Source: an uncultured delta proteobacterium
GTDB lineage: Bacteria; Desulfobacterota; RBG-13-43-22
Reading direction: 5' to 3'
Assembly (NCBI GenBank): GCA_963843145.1
Contig: CAWJJC010000017.1
Location: 96,001 to 160,000, forward strand
DNA: 64,000 bases
This document shows positions 39,597-49,112 of this stretch, piece after piece. The translations under genes were made by a program, and so were the position numbers. The notes beneath the pieces are model-generated. The model had not been told where the DNA came from. It was given only the letters and a program-made list of their open reading frames with translations, and made no database searches. Position 1 is the first letter of the stretch; the number at the start of each line of letters is the position of its first letter.

Positions 39597-41249
39597 ATGC
39601 CCTTGCATCCATTGGCCGGGAAGCCGGCTCCCCGGGAAATATTGGTCAATGTACCCTGCTTGATCACGGCTTATTTTCTGGAACACCCGGAGGATGACCA
39701 GCCGGACCAGCGGGTCGCCTTCGGAACTTCCGGGCACCGCGGTTCCTCCTTCAAAAAAAGCTTTAACGAAGATCACATCCTGGCCGTCACCCAGGCCATC
39801 TGCGATTACCGGGCAGCGAACGGCATCCAAGGGCCTTTATTTTTAGGTATGGATACGCACGCCCTTTCCGAACCCAGCCAGGCCACGGCCCTTGAGGTGC
39901 TGGCCGCCAACGCGGTCCCCGTGCGGATCGCCCACGGTCACGGCTACACCCCTACCCCGGTCATTTCCCATGCCATCCTGGTTTATAATCGGGGGCGGTC
40001 CGAAGGTTTAAGCGACGGGATCGTGATCACGCCCTCGCACAACCCGCCGGACGACGGGGGTATCAAGTACAACCCGCCGCATGGAGGGCCGGCCGAGACC
40101 GCCGTCACCCGTTGGATTGAAGACCGGGCCAATGCACTGCTGCGGCAAGGCAATCAAGAGGTGAAGCGAATCCTCTATTCCCGGGCTATTCGCGGGACCA
40201 TGATCCGGGAACTTGACTTTATCGGCCCCTACGTGGAAGACCTGAAAAACAGTATCGATCTCGAAGTCATTCGCTCCGCCGGCCTGCGCATCGGGGTCGA
40301 TCCCCTGGGTGGGGCCTCCATTGCTTACTGGGAACCCATCGCCCAAAAATACGGATTAAAAATAGACCTGGTCAATCCGGTGGTGGACCCGACCTTTTCT
40401 TTTATGTCCGTGGACAAGGACGGCAAAATCCGGATGGACTGCTCTTCGCCCTACGCGATGGCCGGCCTGATCCAACTGAAAGACCGGTACGACATCGCCT
40501 TCGGCAACGATGCCGACTGCGACCGCCACGGCATCGTCTGTCCCGGCGAAGGCCTGATGAATCCCAACCACTACCTTTCGGTGGCAGTCTGGTATCTCTT
40601 CCAGAACCGGCCCGGATGGCCGCGGACGGCGGCCGTGGGCAAGACCCTGGTCAGCAGCAGCCTTATCGATCGCGTGGCCGTCCACCTGAAACGGCCTTTG
40701 GCCGAGGTCCCGGTCGGTTTCAAGTGGTTCGTCGAAGGATTAAAAAAGGGGGAGTACGGCATCGGGCTGGAAGAGAGCGCCGGGGCGTCCTTCTTGAGGC
40801 TGGACGGCACGGTCTGGTCCACGGACAAGGACGGGATTATCTTGGACCTGCTGGCCGCGGAGATCACGGCCCGGACCGGAAAAGACCCGGGCGTTCTATA
40901 CCAGGAATTGACCCGACAATTCGGTGCGCCCCTGTACGAGCGGATGGACGCCCCGGCCAACCCTGCCCAAAAGGAAATCTTAAGCCGGCTTTCGCCGGAA
41001 CAGATCACCGCGGATACCCTGGCCGGTGAACCTATCCTGGCCAAGCTGACCAAAGCCCCGGCCAACCAGGCCCCCATCGGCGGATTAAAGGTGGTCACCG
41101 AAAACGGTTGGTTCGCCGCCCGGCCTTCCGGCACCGAAGACATTTATAAAATTTACACCGAGAGCTTCAAGGGGCCGGAACATTTGGCCCAAATCCAGGC
41201 GGAGGCCCAGGAGATCGTCCGTCAGGCCTTTCAGTCGGCAGGTGTTTAA
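39597..41249 (+). CDS. pgm: Phosphoglucomutase (glucose-1,6-bisphosphate-dependent)
   Basis: [37 protein letters not shown]. Confidence 0.95.
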   Translation: MPLHPLAGKPAPREILVNVPCLITAYFLEHPEDDQPDQRVAFGTSGHRGSSFKKSFNEDHILAVTQAICDYRAANGIQGPLFLGMDTHALSEPSQATALEVLAANAVPVRIAHGHGYTPTPVISHAILVYNRGRSEGLSDGIVITPSHNPPDDGGIKYNPPHGGPAETAVTRWIEDRANALLRQGNQEVKRILYSRAIRGTMIRELDFIGPYVEDLKNSIDLEVIRSAGLRIGVDPLGGASIAYWEPIAQKYGLKIDLVNPVVDPTFSFMSVDKDGKIRMDCSSPYAMAGLIQLKDRYDIAFGNDADCDRHGIVCPGEGLMNPNHYLSVAVWYLFQNRPGWPRTAAVGKTLVSSSLIDRVAVHLKRPLAEVPVGFKWFVEGLKKGEYGIGLEESAGASFLRLDGTVWSTDKDGIILDLLAAEITARTGKDPGVLYQELTRQFGAPLYERMDAPANPAQKEILSRLSPEQITADTLAGEPILAKLTKAPANQAPIGGLKVVTENGWFAARPSGTEDIYKIYTESFKGPEHLAQIQAEAQEIVRQAFQSAGV

Positions 41250-41287
41250 GTCAAAAGTCCGCTTGGAGTATTTTTCAGGGATGATAG

Positions 41288-41327
41288 CCCCCCCTCCCTT
41301 GACGGGAGGGGGTCGGGGGGTGGGTGA
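41288..41327. repeat. GC-rich REP-like hairpin after pgm
   Basis: CCCCCTCCC-TTGAC-GGGAGGGGG followed by TCGGGGGGTGGGTGA. Confidence 0.6.
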
Positions 41328-41372
41328 ATCCTCAAAGATCCACTCCGTCAGTCCAGAAAAAGGAATCCTTAG

Positions 41373-41908
41373 ATGGAAATCAAAAACCGCTCCAGGTCCC
41401 GGCAGCGAATCATCTCCCTGAGTTGTTTTCTGTTTTTATGGCTCCTCTGGACGTTGCCTTCGGCCCAGGCAACCCTTGTCTCGCTGGACGATTACGATCG
41501 AAAATCTGGGGGATCCGTACGGGAACAAGATTTTCTGGATAACCTGGGATATCGTACTGACCGAGATAAACGGCGGGTGGGGAATGTTCTTTTGCCGATA
41601 ACAGCATGCAGATCCTGTTTTGATTTCTGGACGACGGTCGGTTGATCCGATTTTCCGGACCGCCCGCCGTCGACACCCTCGTACCCGTGGGGACCTTCCA
41701 GGCGGAGACGCGGTACACGGTTCGGTTCGAGTACGACCTGGTATCCAATTGCTTTTCGGCGTCCCTGAACGGCGTTCGGGTTGTCAATCGGGAACCCATC
41801 CCCGACCACTTTAACGTCGACGCCATCGACAAATTCGGATTCGACATCAATCAAAAGATTGCCCTTCCCGACCTACCCCCGGCCCAGGGCAATATATATT
41901 ACATATAA
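41373..41908 (+). pseudogene. Fragmented exported protein
   Basis: Signal peptide (..LPSAQA) ORF of 90 aa followed by an out-of-frame beta-rich 88-aa fragment with a stop in between. Confidence 0.45.
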
Positions 41909-41914
41909 CTAAGG

Positions 41915-42355
41915 TCATTTTTGCGGCCCGGCACCAATCTTAAATTTTCCGTTGAAATACCTTTCTCTTATTTCTTTGGCTTCAGAGGCCCACTTTTCAA
42001 GTCCTTTGTTTTTAATAGCTGCTAAGTTATAGATCTTTAAATTATGAGGGTACTTCTCAGCGCCTTCTGCTAACGGTTGTAATTTTGAACAGGGGAAGTC
42101 ATGGCACTCGTAGCAGAAGTCCACGTTTTTCAATTTCACACATTCTAGTGTTTCACATTTGCCAGTGATCATTGTACATCCTGATATTCGGCAACCTTTA
42201 CAAAGCAATTTCTCTTTTGTCAGTCCTTGGGAAACAAACGCAGTTTTTCTATCTCCGGACATCGTATCAAAGAAAGAATCAATATTCGTGTAATATAATT
42301 CGCAGTTAAAGCAATCAATTCCACAAACCGCCGTGCTTAATTTAAGGTCGTCCAT
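41915..42355 (-). CDS. DUF3795 family Cys-rich protein
   Basis: CGIDC..C, C.GCR, C..C..FPC..L; locally AT-rich. Confidence 0.85.
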   Translation of the reverse strand: MDDLKLSTAVCGIDCFNCELYYTNIDSFFDTMSGDRKTAFVSQGLTKEKLLCKGCRISGCTMITGKCETLECVKLKNVDFCYECHDFPCSKLQPLAEGAEKYPHNLKIYNLAAIKNKGLEKWASEAKEIRERYFNGKFKIGAGPQK

Positions 42356-42409
42356 TTCATTCTCCTGGGTTAATTGTTTCAGCTCAAAGGAATTTTAAAA
42401 TTGCCGATG

Positions 42410-42994
42410 TCACCATTTTGCGGCCATTCCCTGAAAAGGAAAACCGTCCACCTTTTCCACGGTCCGCTTCATGGTCTCCACATAATCGGGCCGCCGGCCG
42501 TCCCGCCAGCGGGGATAGCCGCCCAGCCAGACATAGCGTACCAATTCCTGGAAATGTTCCTGATCGAAACGATAGTCCCCGAACCGGATCTCGTTTTTTT
42601 CTTTTAGAAACCGGACGGGGAACACTGCGGCCGAACCGTATTGGACCGCGAGTCGCTCCAGGATGGACCGGGTCCGGAAGCCCTCCGGGTTTTGCTTGAA
42701 ATCTTCCGGCTCCTGCGGAAAAGGATAGAAACGGTAAACCTCCCCGATAAACCCCCGGAAATCAAAACCGTGAATCGCCCCCATCAAGTTGCCGATCCGC
42801 TCCTCTTCCAACAGGAATCCACTCAGGACCCATTCCGATTTCCCTTCGTGAAGCGAACCGGCCGCCTCGACGAGGCGGCGGCAGAAGTCGGAGGCGAAAA
42901 AGAAATACCGGTTCAAAAGCAGAAGGTCGGTCTCGATATTGAAAAACCCGAAGGCGATTTCTCCATGGCTGAGGCTGTCGAAGGCGAGGGGCAT
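42410..42994 (-). CDS. Conserved hypothetical protein
   Basis: 194-aa ORF with host-like codon usage, co-oriented downstream of the UDG gene. Confidence 0.7.
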   Translation of the reverse strand: MPLAFDSLSHGEIAFGFFNIETDLLLLNRYFFFASDFCRRLVEAAGSLHEGKSEWVLSGFLLEEERIGNLMGAIHGFDFRGFIGEVYRFYPFPQEPEDFKQNPEGFRTRSILERLAVQYGSAAVFPVRFLKEKNEIRFGDYRFDQEHFQELVRYVWLGGYPRWRDGRRPDYVETMKRTVEKVDGFPFQGMAAKW

Positions 42995-43049
42995 GCCGTT
43001 TAATAATTAATAATTATCAATTGATTATTGATTATTTTTACCAACGTTT

Positions 43050-43757
43050 TCAGTTTCCCGGGGGAGCCGGGGAATTCAAATGCTGCCGTGCCTGTTCGAA
43101 GACCCGGTAAAACATCTCCCTGGTTAACTTCCCGGTAAAGGTGTTCTGTTGACTGGGGTGAAAGGAGGCAATGATCGTCCGGGCCTCGGGCAAGGGAAAG
43201 ACCTTTCCGTGGCCGAACTTCAGGGCCGGCAGTTTCAACCCTTTCCCTCGTAAATTTTTCAAGAGTTGACTGAAGGCGACTTGTCCCAAAGGAATGAAAA
43301 CCCGAACCCGGTCCAGCAGGTCCAGTTCTTGCTGGAAGTAAGGCCGGCAGGCCTCGATCTCCACGGGCAGCGGTTTGTTCTGGGGCGGGGCGCAGCGGAG
43401 GGTGGCGGAGATATAACAATCCTTCAAAACCAGCCCGTCATCCCTCGTTTCCGAATGGGCCTGATTGGCGAACCCGTAACGATGCAGGGCCTCGAAAAGC
43501 CAGTCACCGCTCCGGTCCCCGGTGAACATGCGCCCGGTACGGTTTCCGCCTTGGGCCGCCGGGGCCAGGCCGATGATCAAAACCCGGCCTTGGGGATCCC
43601 CAAAACTGGACAAGGGGCGGGACCAATAGGACCAGTCTTGAAAACGCCGCGGTTTCCGATGAACTACCTCTTGAAGGTATTCAACCAGCCGGGGACACTT
43701 CCGGCAGGAGATGACTTCTTCTTGAAGCTGTCTTAGCGCATTAAATCGGTCGGGCAT
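43050..43757 (-). CDS. Uracil-DNA glycosylase family 5 (UdgB-like, Fe-S)
   Basis: CxxC, GLAPAA.GGNRTGR.FTGD, RCAPP.NKP, HPSQQN. Confidence 0.92.
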   Translation of the reverse strand: MPDRFNALRQLQEEVISCRKCPRLVEYLQEVVHRKPRRFQDWSYWSRPLSSFGDPQGRVLIIGLAPAAQGGNRTGRMFTGDRSGDWLFEALHRYGFANQAHSETRDDGLVLKDCYISATLRCAPPQNKPLPVEIEACRPYFQQELDLLDRVRVFIPLGQVAFSQLLKNLRGKGLKLPALKFGHGKVFPLPEARTIIASFHPSQQNTFTGKLTREMFYRVFEQARQHLNSPAPPGN

Positions 43758-43782
43758 ATACGAAAATAATCCTACGCCTTCC

Positions 43783-43950
43783 TGTCATTGCTTCCCCCGG
43801 ATCTGATCCGGGGGAAGCAATCCCCCGATTGAGATTGAGGAGCGTTGCAAGCTGGAAGGGGAATTGCTTCGTCGCTTCGCTCCTCGCAATGACGAGCAAA
43901 CCAGATATTTCCATGTTTCGCGGGTGGCCCCCCCCGCAACCCCATGGAAA
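43783..43950. repeat. Composite palindromic REP-like element
   Basis: GTCATTGC...GCAATGAC outer arms, an inner CCCCCGGATC-T-GATCCGGGGG hairpin, then a second ATTTCCATG...CATGGAAAT hairpin. Confidence 0.65.
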
Positions 43951-44026
43951 TGGGACGCCCGGCGGTTTATGCCTTAACGGTTATTTCTTGGGCTGGAAAT
44001 ATGCCCACTCACTGACACACGTCCAA

Positions 44027-44509
44027 TCAGGGTTTCAATTTCAAACAAAGGTCAGCCACCCGCTTCCCTAAAAGCCGGGCGTTTTCGGAAATCTTTTCAT
44101 CGGGGGCCCCGGTGCAGGCCACCCCGTAATGCCCGGTGGCCGACAGCGGATCGCCCACGACCAGCATGCCGTAAATCAGCAGACATTGAATGATGGATAT
44201 CATGGTAGTTTCCTTTCCTCCGGAAGGATCCCCCGAGGTGGCAAAGGCCGCCCCCACCTTGTTCTCCATCTTTTTCCGTACTCCGACGTAATCGTCAAAA
44301 ATCTTTTTGAGCTCCGCGGCCATCGCCCCGAAGTAGACCGGCGACCCGGCAATCAGCCCGGCGGAATTCACGAAATCATCCTTGGTGACCTCGTTAGTAT
44401 TCCGCAGCAGGGCCTGCGTCCCCTCCACTGCGCTAACTCCTTCAGCAATGGCCTCTGCCAGTTTCCGGGTATTTCCCCCTCGAGAGTAATAAAGAATCAA
44501 TACCTGCAT
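44027..44509 (-). CDS. Flavodoxin / WrbA-like NAD(P)H oxidoreductase
   Basis: YYSRGGNT, GSPVYFG, GGKETT. Confidence 0.88.
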   Translation of the reverse strand: MQVLILYYSRGGNTRKLAEAIAEGVSAVEGTQALLRNTNEVTKDDFVNSAGLIAGSPVYFGAMAAELKKIFDDYVGVRKKMENKVGAAFATSGDPSGGKETTMISIIQCLLIYGMLVVGDPLSATGHYGVACTGAPDEKISENARLLGKRVADLCLKLKP

Positions 44510-44550
44510 TTTTTCCTCCCTTTTTTGGATTTAAACCAAAAATTCAAATA

Positions 44551-44739
44551 TTATTTTACCTCAAAGTGCTGTCCCTCTTCAACCGCCCCGTCCAAACCCG
44601 CCTCGTTTCCCCATTCATCATAGACTTTTTTCCCTTTTTCAATCTCTTTAACCAAGCCCGCCTGAATCAAGGCATGACGAACGGTCATCCCCTCCAAGAG
44701 ATCCACCCGTTGATTATTGACCCAGGCTTTCATGATCAC
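44551..44739 (-). CDS. Small ThiS/MoaD-like beta-grasp protein (no C-terminal GG)
   Basis: MK..VN......EGMTV..AL pattern; start overlaps the upstream stop. Confidence 0.55.
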   Translation of the reverse strand: MIMKAWVNNQRVDLLEGMTVRHALIQAGLVKEIEKGKKVYDEWGNEAGLDGAVEEGQHFEVK

Positions 44740-46301
44740 TCCAGGCTCCGGATCCGGCCATCCGTAGAGGCCGTTACCTTTTTCTGTCTTTTCATAAAAG
44801 CGATTACCAATTCCTGAATCGTCCTACCCCGATCATACAGGATGACCTTTCCGGATCCGGGTTCGGGCTTCCAGCCCGGATTGGAAGCCTGGTCCGGTAA
44901 GGCCTTCTTAAAAACGGAAAACCCGTCTCCCCCGGCGGCCAGGAAATCATTGGTGGCCAGCAGATATTGCTTATCGGCTTCCAGAGGTTGATCGTTGATC
45001 CGAATTTCCTGAACCCGGTTGCCCGGGGGCGCCGACTGCCTATAGACCAGGAGCACTCCGGATACCTGCAAGAATTTGCCTCCCTGTCCCCCCAGATCGG
45101 AAACCCCCTGTTCCAGGACTTCCCTTATTTCCCGGCCGCTGAGACGCAAGACAACCGGAAAATTGTTAAAGGGTAAAACGTCCATTACCGTTTTGACCTG
45201 GATCGGACCTTGGGGGATATCCGCCCGTATCCCGCCCCCATTGAGAACCGCTAGATCCGCTCCGGTTTCAGTGCGGAGAATATCGGCCAGCACGTCGCCC
45301 AGGTTGGTTTCCTGCCGGCGGGCGCCCTGCCCTTTCAGGTCCACCAGGGCTTCTCCGATGACTTCCTCCAGTTGGGCATTAACCCGGCGGCTGGTTTCAT
45401 TCACCAGGGCGGAGACCTCCTTATCCGGTGCCCCCCCCGGCTTGATATCGATCAACCGCCCTTCGGCAAGCCGAATCCCGCCCTCGGCCATCATCAGGTC
45501 CAGGCAGCCCAGGACTTTGCCGTGTTCCCAGGCCTGGACAATCCAGGTGTCATTTACCCTCATCGGCTGTTCGATTCGGGTGTGGGTGTGGCCTCCCACG
45601 ATCAGGTGGATCCCCTTCACCTGCCGGGCCAGTTTCAGGTCGGCGGGGAGGCCCAGGTGGGACAGGACAACGACCAGATCCGCTTTCGGAGCGTTCGAAT
45701 TCAGTATCTGCCGGATGGTAGCCGCGGGAGGAAGGAAGGCCAGGCCGGTCACGTTCCGGGGATGGGTCATCACCGGGGTGTCTTCGGTCACTACTCCGAT
45801 GATCAGCACCTTCCAGCCCCCGATTTCTTTTAGGACATAGGGCCTGATTTCGGGCAGGCCCTTTACATTGGCGCCCAGAACGGGATAGGAGGCCTCGCCG
45901 ATCCGCTGCTTCAGGACCTCCTGTCCGAAATCAAATTCATGGTTGCCCACTACCAGGGCATCGAACTTCAGGGCATTCATTACCCGAAGGACCGAGGCGC
46001 CCCGAAAAAAATTGGCCCATTGGTTTCCCTGGATCATATCTCCGGCGGCTAACAGCAGCGTAGGTTGTCCAACCCGTAGCCGGTTAACCTCAGCCGCCAG
46101 ATAAGCTATCCCCCCTATGGCCTCCGAACTGCCTACCGGCCGCTGCGGTTCCGCGTATCCATGAAAATCATTCAGGTAGAGTATCCGCAGATGTCCTTCC
46201 GGTCCCGCCCAGCCGACACCCGCTCCCGCAACCAGGAGGAACAAAGCCAGAAACCAGCTAAAGATCCCCCCCTTTCTTATAAATCTTTTCTTTCGTCTCA
46301 T
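44736..46301 (-). CDS. Exported 5'-nucleotidase / UDP-sugar hydrolase
   Basis: Signal peptide, NDFHG, AGD, GNHEFD, SHLG, GGHTH, NGGGIR. Confidence 0.92.
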   Translation of the reverse strand: MRRKKRFIRKGGIFSWFLALFLLVAGAGVGWAGPEGHLRILYLNDFHGYAEPQRPVGSSEAIGGIAYLAAEVNRLRVGQPTLLLAAGDMIQGNQWANFFRGASVLRVMNALKFDALVVGNHEFDFGQEVLKQRIGEASYPVLGANVKGLPEIRPYVLKEIGGWKVLIIGVVTEDTPVMTHPRNVTGLAFLPPAATIRQILNSNAPKADLVVVLSHLGLPADLKLARQVKGIHLIVGGHTHTRIEQPMRVNDTWIVQAWEHGKVLGCLDLMMAEGGIRLAEGRLIDIKPGGAPDKEVSALVNETSRRVNAQLEEVIGEALVDLKGQGARRQETNLGDVLADILRTETGADLAVLNGGGIRADIPQGPIQVKTVMDVLPFNNFPVVLRLSGREIREVLEQGVSDLGGQGGKFLQVSGVLLVYRQSAPPGNRVQEIRINDQPLEADKQYLLATNDFLAAGGDGFSVFKKALPDQASNPGWKPEPGSGKVILYDRGRTIQELVIAFMKRQKKVTASTDGRIRSLE

Positions 46302-46379
46302 GCCCGATATCCTCGCCCGAAGTCTAAATTTAAACCAAAAAAATAAACTATGTTTGATAGGGCACCTTTTTCGAAGCCA

Positions 46380-46470
46380 TCACCCTTTTACCCTCTGTCC
46401 TTTACCCCTTACCCCTAACGCGCTCACGTTTTATGCCCTACCCCATGCCCTTGGCCCTCTGCGCTTTGCC
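46380..46470. repeat. Degenerate heptamer tandem repeat
   Basis: TTACCCT CTGTCCT TTACCCC TTACCCC ... CATGCCC TTGGCCC TCTGCGC; 7-nt period, overlapping the 3' end of the acyl-CoA ligase gene. Confidence 0.65.
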
Positions 46471-48735
46471 TACAAACAGGGCATCAACGGCCCGGACCCC
46501 GCGGCCCTCGGGCAGGACCAGCAGGGGGTTGATTTCGATGGAATCAAAATCACGGCCCATTTCCTCTATCAGGCCGGAGAAGTCCACGGTGGCTTGAATC
46601 AAGGCCTGGAAATCGGCCGGCGGTCTCCCCCGGACTCCCATGAGGATGGAAAATCCTTTGAGCGACCGCCACATCCTTTCCGCCTGAAAGGGAGAAATCG
46701 GTGCGTAGGCAAAAGCGGCGTCTTTCAACACTTCCACCAGGATTCCGCCCAGCCCAATGACCAGCAAGGGTCCGAAATAGGGGTCTTGCGTCATCCCTAA
46801 AAGAACCTCCACCCCTTCGGCGACCATCTCCTCCACCAGCAAAGACGGCCCGTTCGTTTGAAAGAGAATCGGGAATCTTCTTTTGATTTTATTGACCGCG
46901 GCCGTTACTTCCTCTTCGTTCTCCAAATGGAGAAATACTCCCCCGGCATCGGTCTTATGCTGGATTTCGGCGGATAGTATCTTGAGGGCCGCCGGAAACC
47001 CGATCTGTCCGGCGAGGGCCACGGCCTCCTCTTCGTCCCGGGCGATCCCGTTTTTGGGAATGGCAATGCCATAGTGGGCTAAAATCTTTTTGCCCTGAAA
47101 TTCATCCGGCACTTCAGCCGTTCTTAAGTCACCCGGAAGAGATTCCTTTAAAGGAGATCTTTCCGGAATGGCCAGCAGACCTCGTTTGACATCGTTCAGA
47201 TACCCGCCATACTCCATCAGACCGCTCATGGACACCACCGCCCGTTCCGGATTCCCAAAGATGGGTTGCTGAAATCGGCGGGTCATCTTTACCGCCGTTC
47301 CGGGCAGATAGGTAACCAGCAGGATGGGCTTCCCATAGCGGGCCATGATTTTTCGGATTTCCACCATGAAGGGTCCATCCGCCCAGATCCTGAATTCTCT
47401 GAGACGGAAGCCCTCCCGTTTTCTCTTCTCGCTTTTCCCACTGGATTTCCCCTCCGATCGGCCGGCGTCTTTAGCCCAAAGCTTCTGGGGAAGGTTTAAA
47501 AGGGAACGCAGCGCATGTTTTACAAAAAGCCACTTCCAGCGAAAAAGTTGCCCCAGATATTTTCGCACCCCGGTCAGCATGCCCAGGACAATCAGGGCAT
47601 CCACCTCACCTCCGGCGGAAAGGATCCGCAGGACCTCCAAGTGGGACATTCGATCGGTGGTCCCGGCCAGGTCGAGGGGATTGGCGTGGCTCCAGAAAGG
47701 CGGCAGAATGGCGTTCAGCTTTTCCATCGTCGGAGGTGAAAGAGCAGCCAGCGGTAAGGCTTTCAAGGCGGCCGCATCGGTAGTGGCCACGCCCCAACCG
47801 CCGCCCAGGGTGACCACTCCCAGTCGTCGGCCTTCAGGGGGTTTTAGAAGGCTGAACGTCTTGACTAAGTCAATCAACTCCTCGGTGGATTGGGCCTCCA
47901 CGATCCCGGCCTGTTTGAAAAGATCGGAAATCATCTGGGGGGATTGGGCCACGGCCCCGGAATGGGAACGGGCGGCCCGGGCCCCGGCGGCCGTTTTGCC
48001 CGCCTTGAGCGCCAGGATGGGTTTCACCCGGCTGACCCGGGCAGCCGTTTCCAGAAACTTTTTCCCTTGGCGAACACTTTCGATGTAGAGCACCACCACT
48101 TTCGACCGGGGATCGTGCCCGAAAAAGGCCAGGTAATCGGCCAGATCCAGGACGGCTTCGTTGCCTGAGCCGACAAAGCGGCATATCCCCACCCCTTCCT
48201 TCATGCTCAATTCCATAATCTGAAGACCGATATTCCCCGATTGAGATATCACATCCACCGGACCCGGTTTTACCCCCAGGGGCATAAATAAGATCTCCAA
48301 CCCCGCAGGGGTGGAAACCATCCCCATGGTGTTGGGTCCCACCAGCCGGACCCCGCCCGCCAGGGCCTTTTCCGTCAACCGGACTTCCAATTGGGCGCCG
48401 GCCTCCCCGACCTCTTTAAAATTGGAGGATACCAGGAGGACATTCCTGACCCCCAAACGGCCACATTCTTCCACCATGGCAATGGAGGACAGGGCCGGAA
48501 CGGCGATGACGGCCAGATCGACTTTTTCCGGGATATCTTTAAGGGAGGAATAGGCCCTTCGGCCCAGCACTATGCTTTCATGGGGATTGACCAGATAAAC
48601 CGGCCCCTTAAAGTTGGAAACCAGCAGGGTGGCCGCCAGGTTAAAGCCCCACTTGCCAAAACGATTCGAGGCCCCGATGACGGCCACGCTTTGAGGTGAA
48701 AAGAGATCTTCCAAATTGGGTTGGGATGGTTCCAA
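46438..48735 (-). CDS. Acetate/acyl-CoA ligase (ADP-forming), alpha-beta fusion
   Basis: P.SVAVIGAS, GPNT.G, SQSG, SHSGA (phospho-His), HKTD.GGV ATP-grasp, EINP. Confidence 0.9.
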   Translation of the reverse strand: MEPSQPNLEDLFSPQSVAVIGASNRFGKWGFNLAATLLVSNFKGPVYLVNPHESIVLGRRAYSSLKDIPEKVDLAVIAVPALSSIAMVEECGRLGVRNVLLVSSNFKEVGEAGAQLEVRLTEKALAGGVRLVGPNTMGMVSTPAGLEILFMPLGVKPGPVDVISQSGNIGLQIMELSMKEGVGICRFVGSGNEAVLDLADYLAFFGHDPRSKVVVLYIESVRQGKKFLETAARVSRVKPILALKAGKTAAGARAARSHSGAVAQSPQMISDLFKQAGIVEAQSTEELIDLVKTFSLLKPPEGRRLGVVTLGGGWGVATTDAAALKALPLAALSPPTMEKLNAILPPFWSHANPLDLAGTTDRMSHLEVLRILSAGGEVDALIVLGMLTGVRKYLGQLFRWKWLFVKHALRSLLNLPQKLWAKDAGRSEGKSSGKSEKRKREGFRLREFRIWADGPFMVEIRKIMARYGKPILLVTYLPGTAVKMTRRFQQPIFGNPERAVVSMSGLMEYGGYLNDVKRGLLAIPERSPLKESLPGDLRTAEVPDEFQGKKILAHYGIAIPKNGIARDEEEAVALAGQIGFPAALKILSAEIQHKTDAGGVFLHLENEEEVTAAVNKIKRRFPILFQTNGPSLLVEEMVAEGVEVLLGMTQDPYFGPLLVIGLGGILVEVLKDAAFAYAPISPFQAERMWRSLKGFSILMGVRGRPPADFQALIQATVDFSGLIEEMGRDFDSIEINPLLVLPEGRGVRAVDALFVGKAQRAKGMG

Positions 48736-48763
48736 AGTATTTGAATCCTACTCTTCGGTTTCA

Positions 48764-49003
48764 GCCGTCGGGTCTCGGCGAAAGGGTTTTCCACATTGCT
48801 TTTTAGGTTCTAACCCGGCCCCCGTGTTTCAAATCTTCCCAGAGGCAGGGCCAGCCTGAGAGGCATCAAGAGCCTCCTGGTTTGGGCCTGTTTAAAATGG
48901 GATTAGGTGCTCAGGTCCGGATTCGAAGTCCGGGGTACCTCGGGAAATCCCTTTCGCCGAGACCCGACGGCCATACCCGACATAGGCGGGGGTACCCACC
49001 CAA
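48764..49003. repeat. Structured dispersed element, copy 2
   Basis: Same arms GCCGTCGGGTCTCGGCGAAAGGG ... CCCTTTCGCCGAGACCCGACGGC and the same internal blocks as 11927. Confidence 0.8.
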
Positions 49004-49021
49004 GAAGGCAAAGCTTCAAAT

Positions 49022-49050
49022 AAATTAACCCGCTGATCCCTAAAAATCAA
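49022..49050 (-). promoter_or_regulatory. Sigma-70 promoter facing the element and the acyl-CoA ligase gene
   Basis: Minus strand TTGATT-N17-TAATTT. Confidence 0.5.
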
Positions 49051-49073
49051 GGACTAACCAGGAAAGAATGGAT

Positions 49074-49101
49074 TTGACTTGGAAAAGAATTTAGGTATAA
49101 T
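49074..49101 (+). promoter_or_regulatory. Sigma-70 promoter of the corC-like gene
   Basis: TTGACT-N16-TATAAT, 11 nt before the ATG. Confidence 0.7.
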
Positions 49102-49112
49102 TTCCAATCGCT

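Noticed and set aside
43837-43860. GAGGAGCGTTGCAA resembling the 5' part of an SAH riboswitch
   Set aside because: The downstream CAGGCTC and pseudoknot partner are absent, and the sequence is explained as the degenerate partner of the CGCTCCTCGC arm of the palindromic repeat.
46380-46470. CRISPR array
   Set aside because: The repeats are degenerate 7-mers with no spacers, and no cas genes are in the window.
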